DNA of 64,000 bases from Thermomicrobiales bacterium (GTDB taxonomy: Bacteria > Chloroflexota > Chloroflexia > Thermomicrobiales > CFX8): the NCBI GenBank assembly GCA_041751795.1, contig JBGSWU010000181.1, forward strand, positions 4,835 to 68,834, given 5' to 3'. The position numbers and the translations under genes were made by a program. This document shows positions 1 to 8,830 of the stretch, piece by piece. The notes beneath the pieces were generated by a model. It made no database searches. It was given only the letters and a program-made list of their open reading frames with translations, and had not been told where the DNA came from. Numbering within the stretch: the first letter of the stretch is position 1; each line of letters starts with the position of its first letter.

Positions 1-700
1 AATCCCGAACGAGGACGAGCGTCTGGTCGACCGCGCTCCAGATGAACGACTTCAACTGTTCGCGGCGTTCCGGATTGAGAAGTATCCAGTAAATCAGAGA
101 CAGCGCTGCCGCAGTCCATGCCACGGTCGCCAGCGTGTCTTTCGCCGCGCTCGTCGACTTCGTCAGCGCGACGTCAGCCTTGGCCGCTGCAGCGGCCTTC
201 ACACCATCTGCAGACGGGCCTGATCGTTCTCGCGCTTCGCCAGCGCGCTCAACGAGCCCAGAAATCGCGACTGATGCGGCTGGCAGGACATCGTCATGGA
301 TCCGCTCTAGAACGGTCGCACCGGTCGCCTTCACCTGCTCTGCGGTTGTGGAGGCGCTCGTGCCCATCTTCGAAGCATGAGGTCGGGCTGACTCAGCTGC
401 ACGCTGCACATGTGGACGCGCCGACTCGGCGGCGCGATGTAGAAGGTCGGCGGCTCCGTCGCGGATATCCGGATACGACGCTGCAAGCGTGGTCGCAGCG
501 GATTTGGCCAGTTCTCGACCCTTGTCGACGTTCTCCTTCGCCATCTTCTGTGTTGCAGCGACGTCGACCGACTCAAACCGATCTTTCGTCGATGTCGCCT
601 GCGAGCGCCCCAGGGCAACGATAACGCCGCCAAGCGCGGCCGCTGACGCAGCAGCAACTCCGACAATCTCCGCAGCGCTGAGTGTTGATGTTCGATCCAT
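1..700 (-). CDS. Hypothetical Ala-rich membrane protein, N-terminal part; the gene runs off the left edge of the window
   Basis: Hand translation of the minus strand from ATG at 700..698 gives MDRTSTLSAAEIVGVAAASAAALGGVIVALGRS..., open to position 1 with no stop. A strong SD (AGGAGGGAG) lies 6 nt upstream. It has an N-terminal TM helix, an Ala/Ser-rich helical region with a duplicated AAESARPH motif, and a second hydrophobic segment (AWTAAALSLIYWILL). It is missing from the ORF track, presumably because no stop lies in the window. Confidence 0.55.
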   Translation of the reverse strand, partial: MDRTSTLSAAEIVGVAAASAAALGGVIVALGRSQATSTKDRFESVDVAATQKMAKENVDKGRELAKSAATTLAASYPDIRDGAADLLHRAAESARPHVQRAAESARPHASKMGTSASTTAEQVKATGATVLERIHDDVLPAASVAISGLVERAGEARERSGPSADGVKAAAAAKADVALTKSTSAAKDTLATVAWTAAALSLIYWILLNPERREQLKSFIWSAVDQTLVLVRD

Positions 701-728
701 GATCGACTCCCTCCTGAATACGATGCCG

Positions 729-965
729 CTATCCTGCGTTCATCCGCAATAACGCTTCCTCAAGACGATCCGACGGAACGACAGTGACGAGTTCCTTGAC
801 GACGGCAGCCAGCGCTTCAACACGCTCGTCTTCACTCATTAGCGCGACAACCTGGCCGGTCACCTCACGAAGGGCTTGCTGTCGCTCATCTGGTGACATG
901 TTTCGTATCGCACTTTCAACGACCCCGCGCATGAAGCTCAATATCATCTCCATTCTGACTGACAT
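729..965 (-). CDS. Small hypothetical protein (78 aa), immediately upstream of the edge membrane-protein gene
   Basis: ORF track. Helical E/R/V-rich sequence. The stop is 29 nt before the next minus-strand start, which is operon-like. No recognisable SD and no recognised family. Confidence 0.35.
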   Translation of the reverse strand: MSVRMEMILSFMRGVVESAIRNMSPDERQQALREVTGQVVALMSEDERVEALAAVVKELVTVVPSDRLEEALLRMNAG

Positions 966-1053
966 CGGGAAAATCGGCTACTGTCCATCATCGAATCGGG
1001 GGTTTGCCACATGTAAACATAGCAGCAACGTCCCGTAACTCTTCGCACGGGCG

Positions 1054-1083
1054 TTGCCGCGAGGGAAAGCGCCCCCCTATACT
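1054..1083 (+). promoter_or_regulatory. Candidate sigma-70 promoter for mnmG (TTGCCG-18-TATACT)
   Basis: -35 TTGCCG at 1054..1059, an 18-nt spacer, and -10 TATACT at 1078..1083. The ATG at 1095 is only 11 nt after the -10, which implies a very short or leaderless 5' UTR. Confidence 0.35.
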
Positions 1084-1094
1084 TCGAGATTGTT

Positions 1095-3140
1095 ATGACA
1101 GAAACTACTCACGATTCCACTGCAACAACGTTCGATGTCGTCGTCATAGGCGCAGGTCACGCTGGCTGTGAGGCGGCGCTGGCGGCCGCACGCTCCGGCG
1201 CGAGCGTGCTAGTTCTAACTCCAAATCTCGACAGGATCGGCTATATGCCATGCAATCCGTCAATTGGCGGGCCGGCAAAAGGACACATCGTCGCCGAAGT
1301 TGACGCGCTCGGTGGCGAAATGGCAAGAGCGATCGATCGCACTGCGCTCCAGATTCGACTCTTGAACGCTTCGAAGGGCCCAGCGGTGCAAGCGATTCGT
1401 GCACAGGCCGACAAGACACTCTACAGCATGGTGATGAAAGAGGCGCTTGAATCCCAGCCACGTTTACAGATGAGGCAGGAATCAGCGGTTCGCGTTAACG
1501 TCCAGACGATCACCGGGACAGTTCGTGTTGTTTCGGTGGACACTGACTTCGGAGTCACTTACGGCTGTGGAGCAGCTGTGATCACGGCAGGGACATTCCT
1601 TCGTGGAAGCATGATCGCAGGTGGCTGGAGAACAGGCGGCGGGCGATCTGGAGAATCGGCGGACACCGGCCTGGCGATGTCGATTGGCGATGTCGGAATT
1701 CGACTACGCCGCCTCAAGACGGGAACCCCGCCACGAATCGACGCTCGTACGATTGACTTCGATCTGACCGAAGTTCAGCCTGGAAGCGACGAGCCGCTCT
1801 GGTTCTCTTTGGACGGGCGCGACGGATGCATCGAGCGGGTCGAACTCCCTCCAATCAAGATTTATCCGGATCAAACACATGGCTGGCGAACGCAACTGTC
1901 CTGCTACCACGTCGAATCGAACGAAGTCGGCCACCAACTCATTGAGGATAACGTTGACCGCTCGCCGATGTACAACGGGTCCATCGAAGGCGTTGGCCCT
2001 CGTTACTGCCCATCAATTGAAGACAAGGTCATGCGCTTCCGTCACAAGACGAGCCACGGGCTGTTCCTGGAACCCGAGGGCTGGCGGACGACCGAAGTTT
2101 ACGTTCAGGGGGCAAACACAAGCCTTCCACATGACGTCCAGCTTGCGTTCCTTAGGACGATCCCCGCTCTTCGAGACGCGCATATCACGAGGTATGGATA
2201 TGCAGTTGAGTACGACGCGATTGAGCCAACCGAACTGACGCCGACGTTCGCGTCGAAGAAAGTCGATGGACTCTTCCTCGCCGGTCAGGTCAATGGCACA
2301 TCTGGATATGAAGAGGCAGCGGGCCAGGGACTTCTTGCGGGAATCAACGCCGCAAGGTTTGTCGGTCGCGTGTCGCCGCTGGTCCTTCGCCGAGATCAAT
2401 CCTATATCGGCGTCATGGCCGACGATCTGGCGACGCAGCAGTTTGTCGAGCCGTATCGAATGCTGACGTCGCGCGCGGAACATCGTCTGCACCTGCGATC
2501 AGATAACGCAGATTATCGGTTGGCCGAACTTGCCCACGAACACGGTCTGATCGATGACCGTCGTTTCCATCGTATCCAAGCGAATGCTAAGGCTATTCAA
2601 TCGTTGCTTTTGACGCTCGAATCGGCGCATGTGAGTCCAAACAGTGCGACAAACGACGTGCTTTTGGAAGCCAATCTACCACCCGTCAATCGCAGCATGA
2701 CCGCGCTCGACTACGCTAGGCGACCCAACCTTCGACTACAACAACTCCTACCAGTTCTGTCGATGATACATCCAACGTTCACTGATTTCAGCAACCTCGA
2801 AGATCAAGTCCTCAACCACGCCGCAATCGAAGCGATGTACCATGCGTACGTGGTGAAGGAGCAACTGCACATCAACCGTACTCGCCGGATGGAAGACGCG
2901 ACGATACCTCCAGACATGAATTACGAAGCGATTCCTGGGTTCCGTAATGAAGGCCGGGAACAACTGATCAGAATTCGACCGACGACAGTTGGACAAGCTT
3001 CGAGGATCGCGGGCGTTACTCCGAGTGATATTGCGGTACTGCTGGTTCATGTGCGTAAAGCCACTCCGAGCGCTATGATGCCCGAGACAGATGGCGAATC
3101 GCGAAAGAGTCGGGCCACAAGCCAGGCGACGGTGGGGTGA
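1095..3140 (+). CDS. mnmG: tRNA uridine 5-carboxymethylaminomethyl modification enzyme MnmG (GidA)
   Basis: 681 aa. N-terminal FAD-binding motif FDVVVIGAGHAGCEAALAAAR, the conserved GPRYCPSIEDK motif, and GidA-typical length and C-terminal domain. Confidence 0.95.
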   Translation: MTETTHDSTATTFDVVVIGAGHAGCEAALAAARSGASVLVLTPNLDRIGYMPCNPSIGGPAKGHIVAEVDALGGEMARAIDRTALQIRLLNASKGPAVQAIRAQADKTLYSMVMKEALESQPRLQMRQESAVRVNVQTITGTVRVVSVDTDFGVTYGCGAAVITAGTFLRGSMIAGGWRTGGGRSGESADTGLAMSIGDVGIRLRRLKTGTPPRIDARTIDFDLTEVQPGSDEPLWFSLDGRDGCIERVELPPIKIYPDQTHGWRTQLSCYHVESNEVGHQLIEDNVDRSPMYNGSIEGVGPRYCPSIEDKVMRFRHKTSHGLFLEPEGWRTTEVYVQGANTSLPHDVQLAFLRTIPALRDAHITRYGYAVEYDAIEPTELTPTFASKKVDGLFLAGQVNGTSGYEEAAGQGLLAGINAARFVGRVSPLVLRRDQSYIGVMADDLATQQFVEPYRMLTSRAEHRLHLRSDNADYRLAELAHEHGLIDDRRFHRIQANAKAIQSLLLTLESAHVSPNSATNDVLLEANLPPVNRSMTALDYARRPNLRLQQLLPVLSMIHPTFTDFSNLEDQVLNHAAIEAMYHAYVVKEQLHINRTRRMEDATIPPDMNYEAIPGFRNEGREQLIRIRPTTVGQASRIAGVTPSDIAVLLVHVRKATPSAMMPETDGESRKSRATSQATVG

Positions 3141-3874
3141 TGTCGAGGATTCTCGTATTTTCAGATGTCCACGCGAATCTGGTCGCGTTGGAGGCGGTAC
3201 TGGAAGAAGCGGGTGACGTCACCGAAGTCTGGAACCTCGGTGACGTCGTAGGCTACGGCCCTAGACCACGTGAGTGCGTCGACCGTGTAATCGGATTGAA
3301 TCCGACGGCTTCGTTGATCGGCAACCACGACTGGGCGGCGATCGGCAGACTCGCGCTTGATGAGTTCAATCCGGTAGCGCGCTTTGCGACGTATTGGACC
3401 ACAGCGCATCTTGGCGCGGATCACATGCAGTACCTGGAAGGGCTTCCCAATCGCGTCATCGAAGATGACTGGATGCTCGTTCACGGAAGCCCGCGCCACC
3501 CCGTATGGGAGTATGTCTATACAGCTCGCGTCGCGCATCAGAACTTTGAGTTTTTCGATTCCCCGGTTTGCTTCCTCGGACATACACACATCCAGCTGTA
3601 TATCTCTGAAGAAATGGCGGCTCGAGGCGTCCCGCCGGTTCAGCCCTCAGACGGCGACCAACTGGATATGACGACGACGCGGTACATCGTGAACCCCGGC
3701 TCGGTTGGTCAGCCGAGAGACAACAATCCAACGGCTGCCTTCGCGATCTACGAACCTGAAAAAGGCATCGTTACGTTTCGGCGGGTTGAGTACGACATCG
3801 CACAAACTCAGGCTCAGATGGAAGAAGCGGGACTTCCGAGGCCGCTCATCACGAGGTTGGCATTGGGAGTATGA
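3137..3874 (+). CDS. Metallophosphoesterase (YfcE/MJ0936-like calcineurin-fold phosphoesterase)
   Basis: Motifs VFSDVHAN, GDVVGYGP, GNHD and GHTH are typical of the family. The start overlaps the mnmG stop (GTGATG); the true start is either GTG 3137 or ATG 3140. Confidence 0.8.
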   Translation: MMSRILVFSDVHANLVALEAVLEEAGDVTEVWNLGDVVGYGPRPRECVDRVIGLNPTASLIGNHDWAAIGRLALDEFNPVARFATYWTTAHLGADHMQYLEGLPNRVIEDDWMLVHGSPRHPVWEYVYTARVAHQNFEFFDSPVCFLGHTHIQLYISEEMAARGVPPVQPSDGDQLDMTTTRYIVNPGSVGQPRDNNPTAAFAIYEPEKGIVTFRRVEYDIAQTQAQMEEAGLPRPLITRLALGV

Positions 3875-3933
3875 TTACTCGCTGTTTGGGCGGAGGGGTC
3901 GCCGAAGACCCCGTCGAACTGGAGTAATTACAG

Positions 3934-4371
3934 GTGCCATACAGGCGAATCTTGGTGCCGATCCACGGCAATGACGGCGATTATCGAGCACTGGAGTTAG
4001 CCGGGATGCTAGCCGCTAAGCGCGGTGCAGATGTCACGTTGGTCTACGTCGTCGAGGTAAAGCAGTCTTTGCCACTGGACGCTGACATGCCTGAGGCGGT
4101 TGCAGTAGGAGAATCTGCGCTAGAGCGCGCCGAGCAGTACTCACGCAGCCGGGCAGAGTTTCGGTTGCAGAAATTGACCCCGGAACTACTGCAAGCGCGG
4201 GCCGCAGGACCGGCGATTGTCGACGAGGCGATCGAACGAGATGTCGACATCATCGTGATGGCGTCACGGAATCGTCAGCATTTCGGCAGAATCACCGTCG
4301 GCGATACCGTCCCCTACATTCTCAAGAATGCTCCATGCGAAGTGCTTCTTGAGCGCGCAGGCTACGATTAG
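3934..4371 (+). CDS. Universal stress protein (UspA family)
   Basis: 145 aa. Usp-like pattern: ILVPIHGND..., DIIVMASRNR, GDTVPYILKNAPCEVLL. GTG start preceded by GGAG. Confidence 0.8.
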   Translation: MPYRRILVPIHGNDGDYRALELAGMLAAKRGADVTLVYVVEVKQSLPLDADMPEAVAVGESALERAEQYSRSRAEFRLQKLTPELLQARAAGPAIVDEAIERDVDIIVMASRNRQHFGRITVGDTVPYILKNAPCEVLLERAGYD

Positions 4372-4408
4372 CCGGGTATCGCACGCACCGAATCAGATTG
4401 GAACCAAT

Positions 4409-4813
4409 GTGAATGTCGTGATCGTCGGCTGTGGTCGGGTAGGGGCGAGAATCGCCGCAACGCTTGACCAGGCCGGACATCGTGTCAGCGTCGTAGACGT
4501 GAGCTCAGCCTCGTTCAGGCGTTTGCCGCAGGATTTTTCCGGCAAAGCGATCGTTGGAACCGGAATTGACGAGGATGTCCTGAAATCTGCCGACATCGAA
4601 GAAGCGGATGCGTTCTTTGCGGTGACCAATGGGGACAATACCAACATCATGACGGCTCAGGTCGCCCAAACCGTGTTTGAGGTGCCGCGCGTCGTCGCAC
4701 GTATTTATGATCCCGTCCGCGAAGATACCTACCGCCGGATGGGCATCCACACCGTCTGCCCAACGACGACAATCGCAGGGCTGATGCTCGACGCGGTTCC
4801 GGGCGCGACGTAG
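4409..4813 (+). CDS. TrkA-N (RCK N-terminal, NAD-binding) domain protein
   Basis: Rossmann motif VVIVGCGRVGARIA. I placed the start at in-frame GTG 4409, after the Usp stop, rather than the track ATG at 4328, which overlaps usp. Only the N-terminal RCK domain is present. Confidence 0.75.
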   Translation: MNVVIVGCGRVGARIAATLDQAGHRVSVVDVSSASFRRLPQDFSGKAIVGTGIDEDVLKSADIEEADAFFAVTNGDNTNIMTAQVAQTVFEVPRVVARIYDPVREDTYRRMGIHTVCPTTTIAGLMLDAVPGAT

Positions 4814-4854
4814 GCCTTGCGCTACGGCGCGAATGAAAGGAATGGGCCGGGCCC

Positions 4855-5514
4855 ATGTACATCATCGTCGTTGGCGGTGGCAAAGTCGGCTACTATCTCA
4901 CTAAGACGCTCGTACACGAGGGGTATGAAGTCCTACTGATTGAAAAGAACCCCGCCAAATGTGAGACGTACACCGAGCGATTCGGCGCAGTTGTCATGAA
5001 CGGCGATGGGGCCGAAGCTTCGACGCTTGCAGCGGCTGGAGCTGGCCGTGCGGATGTCGTTATCTCAGTAACTGGTCATGACGAGGACAACCTGGTCATC
5101 TGTCAACTCGCGATGCATCGATTCAAGGTGAAACGAACGATCGCGCGCGTGAATAATCCGAAGAACGAGGAACTATTTCGACGCCTGGGCATCGACGTCA
5201 CCGTTAACCCCACGAGCGTGATCCTGAGCCTGATTGAGCAGCAGATTCCTGACCGGCACTTCGTCCATCTGCTCGCGCTGCGCCATGCCAAACTCGCCGT
5301 CGTAGAGGCGAGCGTCTCACCCGAATCGTCGATCAGCGGTCGGACAGTGTCTGAAGTTCGCCTGCCTCCGGAAACGTCGCTCATTGCAATTCTGCGAGCG
5401 AGTGACGTGATTATCCCAACCGGTCAAACGCAAATCATGGCTGGTGACGAGATTATCGCGATTACCCGTCGCGAAAGCGAGGAACAACTCAGAGATCTAC
5501 TCGTCACGAACTGA
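4855..5514 (+). CDS. trkA: Potassium uptake regulatory protein TrkA/KtrA (RCK N plus C domains)
   Basis: 219 aa. MYIIVVGGGKVGYYL Rossmann motif plus a C-terminal TrkA-C-like segment (GRTVSEVRLPPETSLIAILR...IPTGQTQIMAGDEI). Confidence 0.85.
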   Translation: MYIIVVGGGKVGYYLTKTLVHEGYEVLLIEKNPAKCETYTERFGAVVMNGDGAEASTLAAAGAGRADVVISVTGHDEDNLVICQLAMHRFKVKRTIARVNNPKNEELFRRLGIDVTVNPTSVILSLIEQQIPDRHFVHLLALRHAKLAVVEASVSPESSISGRTVSEVRLPPETSLIAILRASDVIIPTGQTQIMAGDEIIAITRRESEEQLRDLLVTN

Positions 5515-5545
5515 CGCCATCGCCAACCAACTGGTTACCACAAGT

Positions 5546-5575
5546 ACGGCCGACAGCATTGGTGCTGCCGGCCGT
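5546..5575. terminator. Hairpin between convergent trkA and gdh (likely bidirectional terminator)
   Basis: ACGGCCG...CGGCCGT stem with inner CAGC/GCTG pairing, followed by TTACTT. It sits between two convergent stops. Confidence 0.5.
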
Positions 5576-5596
5576 TTACTTACTTCATGACGACCG

Positions 5597-6871
5597 TTAC
5601 GGGTAGATGCCTCGGATACGAGTGAAGTCCGCCACCCGCTGGATTGCGAGAGCAAGTGCAGCAGTCCGCATGTGGACATTGTAGCGCTGTGACGTCTCGT
5701 AGACAGCGTTGTACGCACGCGTCATGATCCGGTGCAGGCGCTCGTTGACCTCGGACTCCGTCCATGGGAACGCCTGGAGGGCCTGGACCCACTCGAAGTA
5801 CGACACGGTTACTCCACCGGCATTCGCCAGGATGTCCGGTGCGACGACGATTCCACGGTCAAAGAGAATGCGGTCGGCTTCAGGCGTCGTCGGGCCGTTG
5901 GCAGCCTCCGCGATCAACTTCGCCTTCACTCGAGCGGCATTCTCTTCAGTGATCACCTCTTCGAGCGCTGCCGGGATCAGCACATCGCACTTCAGCTCAA
6001 TCAACTCGGCGTTTGTGCAGTTCTCGGCTTCGGGGAAGCCGACCACAGAACCTGTTCGGGCTTTATGTGCGATGACGGCGGTAATATCGAGACCGTCCGG
6101 ATTCTGGATGCCTCCCGTTGAGTCGCTGACGCCAACAATCTTCGAACCGAGTTCCCACATCAAGCGAGCCGCAACCGACCCCGCGTTGCCAAAGCCCTGA
6201 ACGACGCAGGTCGACTTCGACAGATCGATGCCAAGCTTTGGCGCGGCTTCCTGAACGGTGAACACCGTCCCTCGTCCGGTCGCTTCGGATCGTCCTTCGG
6301 AGCCGCCGAGAATCAGCGGCTTGCCGGTTACGACACCCGGAATCGAGTAGCCATGATGCATCGAGTACGTGTCCATCAACCACGCCATGACCTGCGGATT
6401 GGTGTTGACGTCCGGCGCTGGGATATCCCGGTTCGGGCCGATAATGCCGGAGATTTCGCTCGTGAACCGGCGTGTCAGGTTCTGCAGCTCATTCTGGGAC
6501 ATCAACTTTGGGTTACAGGTGACGCCACCCTTGGCACCGCCGTATGGAAGACCAACGACCGCACATTTCCACGTCATCCACATCGCGAGGGCTTTCACCT
6601 CTTCGACGGTCACGTCCGGATGGTAGCGAATGCCACCCTTCGTTGGGCCAGGACCCGAATTGTGATGAACGCGGTGACCGGTGAATACTTGAACCGATCC
6701 ATCGTCCATCTCGACTGGGAAATTGACAGTAAACTCACGTTTACACACGCTGAGAATCCGTCGCATATCATCATCTAGTCCGATGACATCCGACGCGATG
6801 TTGAACTGCTCCACAGCGACATCAAACAGGCTCTGGGAATGGGCGACATGTGTACTCGTGTCAACTGCCAT
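5597..6871 (-). CDS. gdhA: Glutamate dehydrogenase (Glu/Leu/Phe/Val dehydrogenase family)
   Basis: 424 aa. Catalytic-region motif GGAKGGV, NAD(P)-binding VVQGFGNAGS, and full-length similarity to hexameric GDHs. Confidence 0.9.
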   Translation of the reverse strand: MAVDTSTHVAHSQSLFDVAVEQFNIASDVIGLDDDMRRILSVCKREFTVNFPVEMDDGSVQVFTGHRVHHNSGPGPTKGGIRYHPDVTVEEVKALAMWMTWKCAVVGLPYGGAKGGVTCNPKLMSQNELQNLTRRFTSEISGIIGPNRDIPAPDVNTNPQVMAWLMDTYSMHHGYSIPGVVTGKPLILGGSEGRSEATGRGTVFTVQEAAPKLGIDLSKSTCVVQGFGNAGSVAARLMWELGSKIVGVSDSTGGIQNPDGLDITAVIAHKARTGSVVGFPEAENCTNAELIELKCDVLIPAALEEVITEENAARVKAKLIAEAANGPTTPEADRILFDRGIVVAPDILANAGGVTVSYFEWVQALQAFPWTESEVNERLHRIMTRAYNAVYETSQRYNVHMRTAALALAIQRVADFTRIRGIYP

Positions 6872-6982
6872 TGTTGTCCTACCGACCTTTCAATCCGGGC
6901 GATGCAGCCGCCCGCTCCACCTCTACACCGGTCGTCTTTCGCGTCGCGCGGTTCCGGCAAACCCGCGGACGGACAAACACAA

Positions 6983-7008
6983 TCCGGGCCACCATTTGGT
7001 GGCCCGGA
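6983..7008 (-). terminator. Intrinsic terminator after gatB
   Basis: Perfect hairpin TCCGGGCCACC-AAAT-GGTGGCCCGGA on the minus strand, followed by TTGTGTTTGT. Confidence 0.6.
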
Positions 7009-7010
7009 CG

Positions 7011-8459
7011 TTAATCGTCGATTTCACGTAGCATCTGCGTCACGGTTTGCCTGACGATCGCTGGGTTTCCTGTGCCGCGCATGTTCCTCATCGTCTGGCC
7101 GATAAGGAAACCGATCGCCGCCTGTTTCCCAGCGTGAAAGTCAGCGACTGCGCTGGGATTCGCCGCGAGGACCTCGCTGACAACTGCCCGCACTTTCCCT
7201 TCGTCAGTTTCCTGTCGGAGGCCACGTTCCTCGACAATCATCCGTGGGGCAGTACCTGACTCGTTGGCTTCGGCCAGCACCTGATTACCGACCTGCGCGT
7301 TGATCTCGCCCGAACGCACCATGACAACGACTTCGGCGAGATGGTCAGGAGACAACGACAAATGATCAAATCCACCACGCGATCGAGCGAGCGCGAACAA
7401 ATCGCCAACAAGCCAGTTGGCAACATCGCGGTGATGCCCACCTGCGGCCGCGACCGCTTGCTCATAAAAATTTGCTACGGCAGGCTCGTCGATAATAACA
7501 GCTGCATCTTGAATCGAAAGTCCGTATGACGACATCAGGCGGCTGTATCTAGCGTCGGGTAGTTCCGGCATCTGATTTCGAATGTTGTCAACGACCGACG
7601 ATTCGAGTTCAACTGGCGGAAGATCAGGCTCAGGAAAGTAGCGGTAGTCGTGTGCCTGCTCTTTGCTGCGCTGCCCGACGGTGATTCCCTGATCATCAAC
7701 CCAGCCGCGCGTTTCTTGCGTCAGCACTTCACCATTTCGAAGCGCATGTCGCTGCCGCTGCTCCTCGTATAAAAGCGCCCGCTCGACGGCCCTGAACGAG
7801 TTCATGTTCTTTATCTCGACCTTTGGGCCAACGACCGAGCCATCGAGAGTCCTCTGCGAGATGTTCGCGTCGCACCGGAACGATCCTTCCTCCATATTCG
7901 CAGCAGACGCTCCGATGTAGCGAAGGATGCGGCGCAACGCAATCAGATACTCGCGGGCTTCCTGAGCGGAACGAAGGTCCGGGTCTGAGACGATCTCCAT
8001 TAACGGCACGCCGCCCCGGTTGACATCGACAAGGCTTCGATCACCGTTGACATCAATTCGATGGACAAGCCGAGCGGTATCTTCTTCAAGGTGAACGCGG
8101 GTGATACCGATCCGTTTCTGCTGACCGTCGACATCGAACATCAGTTCACCACCGTTCGCCATTGGAAGGTCGTATTGTGAGATCTGGTAGCCCTTCATCA
8201 GATCCGGGTAGATGTAGTTCTTTCGGTCGAACTTGTTGTATGGAGGAATATCGCTACCGAGTGCCAACCCCGTTGAAATCGTCTTCTCGACAGCAGCGCG
8301 ATTGATAACTGGCAACACTCCAGGAAGCCCAAGGCACACCGGACACACGTGCGTGTTGGGCGGCGCGTTGAAGTATTCGGCTGAACACCCACAGTACATC
8401 TTGCTGGCTGTGAGAACCTGCGCGTGTACTTCCAGGCCGATGATGGTTTCGAACTCCAC
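7011..8459 (-). CDS. gatB: Aspartyl/glutamyl-tRNA(Asn/Gln) amidotransferase subunit B
   Basis: The canonical N-terminus (V)[14 protein letters not shown] begins at GTG 8459. The 43-codon upstream extension in the track (to 8588) has no GatB similarity. GatB/YqeY C-terminal domain is present. Confidence 0.9.
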   Translation of the reverse strand: MEFETIIGLEVHAQVLTASKMYCGCSAEYFNAPPNTHVCPVCLGLPGVLPVINRAAVEKTISTGLALGSDIPPYNKFDRKNYIYPDLMKGYQISQYDLPMANGGELMFDVDGQQKRIGITRVHLEEDTARLVHRIDVNGDRSLVDVNRGGVPLMEIVSDPDLRSAQEAREYLIALRRILRYIGASAANMEEGSFRCDANISQRTLDGSVVGPKVEIKNMNSFRAVERALLYEEQRQRHALRNGEVLTQETRGWVDDQGITVGQRSKEQAHDYRYFPEPDLPPVELESSVVDNIRNQMPELPDARYSRLMSSYGLSIQDAAVIIDEPAVANFYEQAVAAAGGHHRDVANWLVGDLFALARSRGGFDHLSLSPDHLAEVVVMVRSGEINAQVGNQVLAEANESGTAPRMIVEERGLRQETDEGKVRAVVSEVLAANPSAVADFHAGKQAAIGFLIGQTMRNMRGTGNPAIVRQTVTQMLREIDD

Positions 8460-8830
8460 GCGACACTCCCAGTCAGGCGTTCTCGCGGACCGATTTAGCC
8501 GCGAGAGTATAGCACGACGACCGCGAAAGGTCGCGGTCCAATTGACGCATGGAACGAACGCTGTGGCAACATCGGAATGCCAAACCATCTCGCCACTCTC
8601 ATCCGATTTGATGCGCGATATTCCGCGTCAGATTGTGAAAAATGTGGCGAAGCGTGCTACCATTCCGAGGGTCATATGCGCGTCATCATCGGACGCGTTG
8701 AAACATTCCAGCCAACGTCGCTTGCGTCTTTTCACGATTGGCACATGAGGGCTGACAACCCGATCGACGGAGGCAGTCCTGCCTTTGTGTCGGGTATCGT
8801 CATGGAGCACTGGGAGGCGAATCGCCACCG

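Noticed and set aside
7011-8588. N-terminal extensions in the ORF track. Affected genes are gatB to 8588, mpg to 23391, the ALDH to 34258, uvrA from 26182, GT2 from 15330, GH18 from 40924, uvrB from 37522, tyrA from 34505 and the response regulator from 20062.
   Set aside because: In each case the canonical family N-terminus begins at an internal ATG or GTG, often with an SD. The upstream codons either overlap the neighbouring gene or lack any similarity. The starts were trimmed accordingly.
8460-8830. Possible Moco (molybdenum cofactor) riboswitch or small gene in the 370-bp region upstream of the NuoG-like gene.
   Set aside because: Hairpins are present, but I cannot match the Moco motif consensus from memory, and the two ORFs here (97 aa plus strand, 71 aa minus strand) have no convincing features. 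It is kept only as a check suggested under the NuoG/NuoI finding.
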